Positions 51,044 to 56,636 of a stretch of 56,636 bases of DNA are shown one piece after another (position 1 is the stretch's first letter; every line of letters begins with the position of its first letter). Origin of the DNA: Minisyncoccota bacterium (GTDB lineage: Bacteria; Patescibacteriota; Minisyncoccia; Minisyncoccales; JAQTVQ01). Position numbers and translations under genes: made by a program. The stretch lies in contig JBBABQ010000001.1 of assembly GCA_041657565.1 (NCBI GenBank), positions 1 through 56,636 of the forward strand, written 5' to 3'. The notes under the pieces were generated by a model that saw only the letters and a program-made list of their open reading frames with translations, was not told where the DNA came from and ran no database searches.

Positions 51044-51709
51044 ATGAAATTCAATTCGCTGCATTTTAAAATGATCGGAGGGATAGTTCTTTTTTGTTCG
51101 CTTGTTTTTTCCCTGGTATTTTATCTCGTCGTTTTTTATCAAAGAGAGGTCTTTTCCCGCGCGGCGGCGGTAGGGATGGCTTTCCCCCAGCACTCTTTTG
51201 AGTTCATCCAGGAGAGGGTCCTTTTATCCATGGTTTTCGGGATCGTCCTTTTGGCTTTGGTCCTTTTTCTTTTTTTAAATGCGATAGTCATCCGCCCGAT
51301 CAAAGAGCTCAAAAGAGGGGTTGGTTTTTTCGCTAAAGGCAAATTCGACTATGAGATCAAAAAAATATCTTCCGACGAGATAGGCGACCTGGCGGGAGAA
51401 TTGAACGAAATGTCCAAAGAGCTTTATAAATCTTACGACTCCCTCGAGGATGCCATTAGCCAAAGGACAAAGGAGCTTGAAGATTCCCGTACCGTTTTAG
51501 AGATAAAGATCCGGGCCAGGACGCGCCAGCTTCAGGAGATGAACGACAGCCTTGAAAAGCAAGTCAAAGAGAAAACATTGGAACTGCAGGAGAAGCTGGG
51601 CGATCTGGAAAGGTTCAATAAGCTTATGGTGGACAGAGAGATGAGAATGATAGAGTTAAAAAACGAGGTCCAAAAACTAAGGGACAAGGCGGATAAAGCG
51701 TTAAAATAA
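51044..51709 (+). CDS. Membrane sensor module (2 TM + HAMP + coiled coil) of a split histidine kinase
   Basis: The HAMP domain is IRPIKELKRGVGFFAKGKFDYEIKKISSDEIGDLAGELNEMSKEL. It is followed by LERFNKLMVDREMRMIELKNEV. The ORF ends with TAA in frame with the kinase ORF. Confidence 0.75.
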   Translation: MKFNSLHFKMIGGIVLFCSLVFSLVFYLVVFYQREVFSRAAAVGMAFPQHSFEFIQERVLLSMVFGIVLLALVLFLFLNAIVIRPIKELKRGVGFFAKGKFDYEIKKISSDEIGDLAGELNEMSKELYKSYDSLEDAISQRTKELEDSRTVLEIKIRARTRQLQEMNDSLEKQVKEKTLELQEKLGDLERFNKLMVDREMRMIELKNEVQKLRDKADKALK

Positions 51710-51718
51710 AATAGAACC

Positions 51719-52906
51719 ATGGACCCCCAAGAAGAGAAAAAAAATATCGGAGCCGGCCCGGGAGATCCCCAGGAAACAGAAAGCGACCTAAGGCAGGCGC
51801 GCAGCGCCCTTTTGAACATATTGGACGATACGGAAATGGCGAGAAGGCTAGCCGTCGAGGAGAGGAATAAAACGCTGGCGATCGTCCAAAATTTTTCCGA
51901 TGCTATTCTTGTGTTCGACGAAGAAAACAGTCTTGAACTGATCAACCCTCTGGCCGAAGAATTTTTGGGAGTGAAGGAAGAGGACATTTTAAGAAAAAAA
52001 ATAGAGGACCTTCTGAACCTGCCGAAAACCAGGGCTTTGATGGAGGTTCTCGATATGTCGGGAAAAGATTCCATCGAAAAGGTTTTCAGAAAGGAGTTTA
52101 TGATGAGGCCGGATTTTTATTTGGAAATAACGACCGTCCCGTTGGTTATGGACTCTCGAGCCAAAGGAACGCTGATCGTTCTGCACGATATCACCAGGGA
52201 AAAGAACATTGAAAGGATGAAGACGGAATTTGTCTCAATTTCGGCTCATCAGCTCAGGACCCCGTTGTCGGCGATCAAATGGACGCTGAGGATGCTGCTG
52301 GACAGCGACGTCGGACCGGTCACTCCCGAACAGAGAGAGGTTTTGGAAAAAAGCTATTCGAGCAACGAAAGGATGATCAACTTAGTCAACGATCTTTTGA
52401 ACGTTAGCCGCATCGAAGAGGGCAGATTTTTATATAAGCCCGAGCCGGCCCAGCTGGAGGAGGTTATCGGCGCCGCGGTGGACGCCCTTCAAGAAGATGC
52501 GAAAAGAAGGGGCCTGTCCCTGGTTTTTAACAAAAATAAAGACCTTTTGCCGATGGTCAAGCTGGACAAAGAGAAAATGAAGCTGGCTCTGGATAACCTG
52601 GTGAACAATGCCTTGAAATACAACACTACAAAGAAGGGAAAGATAGAGGTCTCGTTGGAAAAATTAGACGGAAAACAGGCGCAGATCGTTGTCAGAGACA
52701 ATGGGCTGGGGATACCGACTCCCCAGCAGTCCAGGATATTCACCAAATTTTTCAGAGGGGAAAACGTGGTTAGGCTGGAGGTCGATGGATCCGGCCTAGG
52801 CCTTTATACAACGAAGAACATTATCGAGGCTCACGGGGGAAAAATCTGGTTCGAATCGAAGCAAGGAGAGGGAACAGCTTTTTTTATAGCCCTTCCCTTC
52901 GCTTAA
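51719..52906 (+). CDS. Histidine kinase catalytic module (PAS + HisKA + HATPase_c)
   Basis: The H-box is SAHQLRTPLSAIKW, the N-box is LVNNALKY, and the G-boxes are DNGLGIP and GSGLGLY. Confidence 0.85.
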   Translation: MDPQEEKKNIGAGPGDPQETESDLRQARSALLNILDDTEMARRLAVEERNKTLAIVQNFSDAILVFDEENSLELINPLAEEFLGVKEEDILRKKIEDLLNLPKTRALMEVLDMSGKDSIEKVFRKEFMMRPDFYLEITTVPLVMDSRAKGTLIVLHDITREKNIERMKTEFVSISAHQLRTPLSAIKWTLRMLLDSDVGPVTPEQREVLEKSYSSNERMINLVNDLLNVSRIEEGRFLYKPEPAQLEEVIGAAVDALQEDAKRRGLSLVFNKNKDLLPMVKLDKEKMKLALDNLVNNALKYNTTKKGKIEVSLEKLDGKQAQIVVRDNGLGIPTPQQSRIFTKFFRGENVVRLEVDGSGLGLYTTKNIIEAHGGKIWFESKQGEGTAFFIALPFA

Positions 52907-52982
52907 GATGTGGATAAATTGTTTGTAAAAAAGGCAGAAAACGGTAAGATATAAATAATATTTCAATTTAATTTTTCAGGTT

Positions 52983-53354
52983 ATGGCGAAAAAAATCTTG
53001 ATCATCGAAGACGAGGATATAATGCGCAACTTGTTGGACAAAAAACTTCAGGCAGCCGGTTATCAGATATCCACGGCGAAAGACGGCCAAGAAGGTTTCG
53101 ATCTTTTGAAAAAAGAAAGTTTCGATCTGGTGCTTTCAGATATCATAATGCCCAAAATGGGAGGGTTTGAAGTAATGGAAAAAATGAACCTGGACCCCGT
53201 ATTGAAAAACATACCGATCATCGTAGTTTCCAACTCCGGCCAGCCGGTGGAACTGGACCAGGCTAAAAGGTTTGGCGCCAAGGATTGGCTCGTGAAGACG
53301 GAATTCGATCCCCAAGAGGTCATCGTCAAAATAAAAAAATTATTAGGAGAGTAA
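52983..53354 (+). CDS. Single-domain response regulator (REC only)
   Basis: 123 aa, with ILIIEDED, DLVLSDIIMPKMGG and DWLVKTEF. Confidence 0.85.
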   Translation: MAKKILIIEDEDIMRNLLDKKLQAAGYQISTAKDGQEGFDLLKKESFDLVLSDIIMPKMGGFEVMEKMNLDPVLKNIPIIVVSNSGQPVELDQAKRFGAKDWLVKTEFDPQEVIVKIKKLLGE

Positions 53355-53359
53355 ACCAT

Positions 53360-53731
53360 ATGCCTCACAAAATTTTATTAGTCGAAGACGACCGATTCTT
53401 GAGAGAACTGATGAGCCAAAAACTTATAAAGATGGGATACGACCTGATCGCCGCGGTCGATGGAGAGGAAGGAGTGGAAAAAGCGAAATCGGAAAAACCG
53501 GAAATAATCCTGCTGGATATCATGCTTCCAGGGATAGACGGCTTCGGGGTATTGACCCAGGTAAAAGCCGACTCGAGCATATCCGATATACCGGTAATAA
53601 TGCTTTCCAACCTCGGCCAAAGAGAGGATATCGACCGGGCGTTGAAGATAGGAGCAACGGATTTTTTGGTCAAAGCCCACTTCACCCCGCAAGAGATCAT
53701 CGATAAAATAGAACAATATCTTAACAGATAG
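53360..53731 (+). CDS. Single-domain response regulator (REC only), tandem paralog
   Basis: From ATG 53360 it contains ILLVEDDRF, EIILLDIMLPGIDG and DFLVKAHF. It is one of the few genes here with an SD-like aggagag upstream. Confidence 0.85.
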   Translation: MPHKILLVEDDRFLRELMSQKLIKMGYDLIAAVDGEEGVEKAKSEKPEIILLDIMLPGIDGFGVLTQVKADSSISDIPVIMLSNLGQREDIDRALKIGATDFLVKAHFTPQEIIDKIEQYLNR

Positions 53732-53734
53732 GAA

Positions 53735-54607
53735 ATGCCGGAACTTCCCGAGGTGGAGACAATAGCGGAAGAATTGAAATTAAAGGTCCTTAACGGGACC
53801 TTTATTGATCTTTGGACCGATACGGAAAAATTGATAAAATTGCCCGCGTTCGGAAAGTTCAAAAAAGAAATGATCGGGAAAAGGATCGAAAAAGTAAGCC
53901 GCCGCGGAAAAAATATCATCTTTGATCTTTCTCAAGGCAAGACCCTCTTGGTCCATCAGAAGATGACGGGCCACCTGCTTTTCGGGAAATGGGAAAAAAG
54001 CGGGAGCGGCTGGAGGTCTTTGGTTCCCGGGCCGATGGCCGATGATAAGATGAACAGCTATCTGCACCTGATATTTTGGCTTGATAGCGGCCAAATGCTT
54101 GCCTTGTCGGACCTGCGCAAATTTGCCAAAGTAGAACTGTGGAGTTCGGAAGATTTTTATAAGTCGGGATATTTTAACGAGTTGGGACCGGAGCCCTTGG
54201 ATAAAAATTTTTCTCTGGAAAAGTTCGAAAACCGGCTGTCTGGAAAGCCCGGCAGGATCAAACAGGTCCTTATGGACCAGAGCGTGATCGCGGGCATCGG
54301 CAACATTTACGCGGACGAGATATTGTGGGCCGCGAAGATCAGCCCGTTCAGGCGGGCGGACAGCCTCTCTGGCCAGGAAATGAAAACCGTTTATAAAGAG
54401 ATGAAAGATATTTTAAAGACGGCGATCAAGGTCAAAGGATCCAGTATGTCCGATTACAGAACCCTGTCGGGAGAGAAAGGAGGATATCAGCTGATCAGCA
54501 AAGTCTACCGCCGCGAGGGGGAGAAATGTCCGAATTGCGGAGAAACCATTAAAAGAGAGAAGATCGCCGGCCGGTCCGCCCATTACTGCCCGGTTTGCCA
54601 AAAGTGA
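53735..54607 (+). CDS. mutM: Formamidopyrimidine-DNA glycosylase
   Basis: Starts MPELPEVETI. It has the H2TH region and the C-terminal zinc finger CPNCGETIKREKIAGRSAHYCPVCQ. Confidence 0.9.
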   Translation: MPELPEVETIAEELKLKVLNGTFIDLWTDTEKLIKLPAFGKFKKEMIGKRIEKVSRRGKNIIFDLSQGKTLLVHQKMTGHLLFGKWEKSGSGWRSLVPGPMADDKMNSYLHLIFWLDSGQMLALSDLRKFAKVELWSSEDFYKSGYFNELGPEPLDKNFSLEKFENRLSGKPGRIKQVLMDQSVIAGIGNIYADEILWAAKISPFRRADSLSGQEMKTVYKEMKDILKTAIKVKGSSMSDYRTLSGEKGGYQLISKVYRREGEKCPNCGETIKREKIAGRSAHYCPVCQK

Positions 54608-54612
54608 CAAGC

Positions 54613-54741
54613 GTAACGAGGAATTAGGAATTAGCTTGTAGCTTGTAGGAGTTTTGCTTCGCGAAAGAAAGGAAAAATATATTTTTCCTTTCCCCGCCAG
54701 AGGCGGGGCCCCTACAAGCTACAAGCTAATTCCTACAAGCT
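54613..54741. repeat. CTACAAGCT-family ~120-bp intergenic element, copy B
   Basis: The left edge is gtaacgag. The arms are ggaattaggaattagcttgtagcttgtagga and cctacaagctacaagctaattcctacaagct. The core agaaaggaaaaatatatttttcctttc is identical to that of copy A. It ends 3 nt before ATG 54745. Confidence 0.8.
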
Positions 54742-54744
54742 AAA

Positions 54745-55695
54745 ATGATAATTTTTCTATACGGCCCGGATACTTACCGCAGCCGCCAAAAGTTGAAAGA
54801 AATAACTGAAAGTTACAAAAAAGCCCATAAGGGAGGGCTTAGTTTGAGTTTTTTTGACGGGCAAAGCTTCGGCTTCCAGGATTTTCGGGGACAGGCGCAG
54901 TCGATGTCGATGTTCAAAGAGAAAAAATTGATAGTTTTGAAGAACTCTTTTGAGAACAAAGGCTTCAAGGAGTTATTTTTGAAAAGCAAGGACCATTTTT
55001 TAAAGTCGGATGACATAATCGTCTTTTTCGAGGAGGGAAAATTGCCGGCAAAAGACGCTTTAGCCGGTTTTTTGAAAGAGAAGGCGGATAAGAGCCAGGA
55101 ATTTGATCTCCTTTCCGGCGCGCAATTGAAAAACTGGGTCAGGAAAGAATTTAGCCGCTTGGGCGCCGAAGCTGAGCCGGAAGCGGTCGAAAAACTGGCC
55201 AGGGAGGTCGGCGGAGACCTTTGGCAGATGTCCAACGAAATAGCGAAACTTGCCAGTTTTAATACCAAAGAAAGAATAGCCGTTAAGGATGTCGATCTGC
55301 TGGTCAGGCCGAAAGTTGAAACGGACATTTTCAAGACCATAGATTTTATCGCTCAAAAAGACAAAAAGTCCGCTTTTCTTCTTATCAAAAAACACTTGGA
55401 AAAAGGAGATGCCCCCTTTTACATTTTTTCCATGATAAATTTTCAATTCAGGAACCTGCTGGTGGTCAAGGCGAAGGCCCAAGAAGAAGGCTCTTCTTCC
55501 GGCCAATTCAACGTTTGGGCCAAAGAACTCGGTATGCATCCGTTCGTCCTGAGGAAGGCCTACGATCAATCCCAAGCCTTTGCCCTTGAAGATCTGAAAA
55601 AGATCTATCAAAAGATATTCAAGGTGGACCTCGCAACAAAAACCGGGGAGCTGTCCCCGGAAGTTGCTTTGGATATTTTTATCGCCCAGCTTTAG
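54745..55695 (+). CDS. holA: DNA polymerase III delta subunit
   Basis: 316 aa. It starts MIIFLYGPDTYRSRQKLKEI, and its length and helical C-terminus are typical of delta. It is convergent with rpsT, as in many genomes. Confidence 0.7.
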   Translation: MIIFLYGPDTYRSRQKLKEITESYKKAHKGGLSLSFFDGQSFGFQDFRGQAQSMSMFKEKKLIVLKNSFENKGFKELFLKSKDHFLKSDDIIVFFEEGKLPAKDALAGFLKEKADKSQEFDLLSGAQLKNWVRKEFSRLGAEAEPEAVEKLAREVGGDLWQMSNEIAKLASFNTKERIAVKDVDLLVRPKVETDIFKTIDFIAQKDKKSAFLLIKKHLEKGDAPFYIFSMINFQFRNLLVVKAKAQEEGSSSGQFNVWAKELGMHPFVLRKAYDQSQAFALEDLKKIYQKIFKVDLATKTGELSPEVALDIFIAQL

Positions 55696-55696
55696 T

Positions 55697-55963
55697 TTAC
55701 TTTCCGACTTTGGCGGCTGCCAAAGAAATTCTTGATTTTCTGCGGCTGGCGTTGTTCTTTTTAATGATGCCGACTTTGGCGGCCTTGTCCAAGGCTTTAT
55801 AAACTTCGGGCAAAACTTCTTGCAGTTCTTTGTTTTTCTTTCCCGCCGTCAAAATTCTCACCTTTTTTAAGGCTTCTTTGAGGTTCTTTTTGTATTCCAG
55901 GTTTCCTTCATTTCTTTTTACGGACTGGCGGTGGGCTTTCTTGGCTGATTTTGTTATTGCCAT
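55697..55963 (-). CDS. rpsT: 30S ribosomal protein S20
   Basis: 88 aa, starting MAITKSAKKAHRQSVKRNEGN. Confidence 0.9.
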   Translation of the reverse strand: MAITKSAKKAHRQSVKRNEGNLEYKKNLKEALKKVRILTAGKKNKELQEVLPEVYKALDKAAKVGIIKKNNASRRKSRISLAAAKVGK

Positions 55964-56040
55964 ATTCTATTTGGTATATTTGTTGATTTAACGGTTAACG
56001 AAAAAATCATAGCATAAACGCCTAAATTAGGCAACCTAGC

Positions 56041-56152
56041 GTCAAAATCCAAATGCCAAAATCCAAATTTCAAATAAAGATCAAAATCCAAAACGATTTT
56101 CGAGCCTTGGATTTTAGATTTGATTTGACATTTGAGCTTTGAAATTTGAATC
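56041..56152. repeat. TTTGGATTT/AAATCCAAA-family long composite hairpin in the rpsT/ruvA divergent spacer
   Basis: The left arm is gtcaaaatccaaatgccaaaatccaaatttcaaataaagatcaaaatccaaaa. The right arm is cttggattttagatttgatttgacatttgagctttgaaatttgaatc. The right arm is nearly the reverse complement of the left arm of 6862-6971. Confidence 0.7.
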
Positions 56153-56231
56153 TTAAGACAGATGGGACTCCTTTGGGCTTTGTCTTTAGAGAAGATAGCA
56201 AGGTTTTTTGCGATAATGTATAATATAGCCA

Positions 56232-56636
56232 ATGTTCAACTATATTTCCGGTATTGTCACGGATAAAGACAGTAAAATGGTCGTTTTGGAGGTTCAGGGA
56301 ATAGGATTCGAGATCTTTTGCTCGCAAAAGGCCATAGAAGGATCGGCGATAGGCCAAAAAGCCAAGATATATACTTTTTTGAGCGTCAGCGAGCGGGCCC
56401 TGGAGCTTTACGGATTTTTGACCGCCGAAGAATTGGAATCGTTCAAAGTTTTGAATGACATTTCCGGTATCGGCCCGAAAACGGCTTTGGGTTTGGCCGC
56501 CATCGGCCCAATGGAAACCATTAAAGAAACCTTGGAGCAGGGGAAGATCCCGCCGGAGGTTAAAGGCATCGGTCCGAAAAGGCTGCAGAAGATCCTGCTG
56601 GAATTGACCGGGAAGATACAGGAGATATCGAAACAA
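56232..56636 (+). CDS. ruvA: Holliday junction DNA helicase RuvA, N-terminal 135 aa (3' end outside the window)
   Basis: Hand translation from ATG 56232 gives MFNYISGIVTDKDSKMVVLEVQGIGFEIFCS...LNDISGIGPKTALGLA...VKGIGPKRLQKILLEL (OB fold plus two HhH motifs). It is open to the window end. The antisense track ORF 56070-56636 is a shadow. Confidence 0.85.
   Translation, partial: MFNYISGIVTDKDSKMVVLEVQGIGFEIFCSQKAIEGSAIGQKAKIYTFLSVSERALELYGFLTAEELESFKVLNDISGIGPKTALGLAAIGPMETIKETLEQGKIPPEVKGIGPKRLQKILLELTGKIQEISKQ

Noticed and set aside
279-56152. Recurrent short repeats in the intergenic regions considered as a CRISPR array.
   Set aside because: The repeats are inverted arms of hairpins scattered across many spacers. 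They are not regularly spaced direct repeats with unique spacers. No cas genes are present.
1-56636. Alternative genetic code (for example UGA reassignment, as in some CPR lineages), considered as an explanation for the in-frame stops.
   Set aside because: Long conserved genes read through cleanly with the standard code. TGA, TAG and TAA all terminate well-defined genes: TGA ends both plsY genes and mutM, TAG ends the OCD-family gene and tyrS. The two in-frame interruptions are both TAA, which is the most common genuine stop here.

Overview
This is a 56.6-kb, gene-dense chromosomal segment from a small-genome bacterium. The gene style suggests Patescibacteria/CPR: 2-TM T4SS-pilin-type proteins, a lamin-tail-domain protein, a stand-alone 5'-3' exonuclease, tRNAs without encoded CCA, and almost no Shine-Dalgarno motifs. 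That placement is inference only.

Blocks:
(i) 1-11.4 kb is a lipid supercluster: fabG fragment, OCD-family enzyme, FabZ::FabK fusion, fabK, plsC, accC, accB, minimal birA, fused carboxyltransferase, DegV, and two plsY.
(ii) 11.4-12.5 kb holds tRNA-Arg(TCG), a VirB2/TrbC-like pilin gene and tRNA-Lys(CTT), all embedded in repeat hairpins.
(iii) 12.5-21.2 kb is housekeeping: rpsO, a NYN-domain gene, pnp, an E/K-rich coiled-coil protein, a DksA/TraR-type protein, comM/yifB, a LysM-M23 peptidase and rsmA.
(iv) 21.2-34.6 kb is an envelope region. It holds a 705-aa polytopic protein, an SPFH protein, and a T4SS-like locus. The locus comprises a PrgI/VirB3-like protein, a VirB4 split by an in-frame stop, a Kv-like channel with a degenerate filter, two pilin-headed surface proteins (one with a C39-like peptidase domain) and a Cys-rich secreted protein.
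(v) 34.6-39.5 kb is the replication-origin neighbourhood: jag-yidC-rnpA-rpmH diverging from dnaA-dnaN, with DnaA boxes and an AT-rich tract.
(vi) 40-56.6 kb holds PBP1A, tyrS, ruvC-yebC-LTD-ruvB, pilB plus a degenerate DHH-like gene, tsaE, a 5'-3' exonuclease, a histidine kinase split by an in-frame stop, two REC-only regulators, mutM, holA, rpsT and a ruvA fragment.

The most unusual points are:
- the DNA-transfer-less T4SS-like locus;
- two ancestrally single genes interrupted by one in-frame TAA each;
- several families of long composite intergenic hairpin repeats that fill almost every spacer and end a few nt before the next start codon.

All calls come from reading the translated ORFs and the DNA by eye. 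No searches or folding programs were run.
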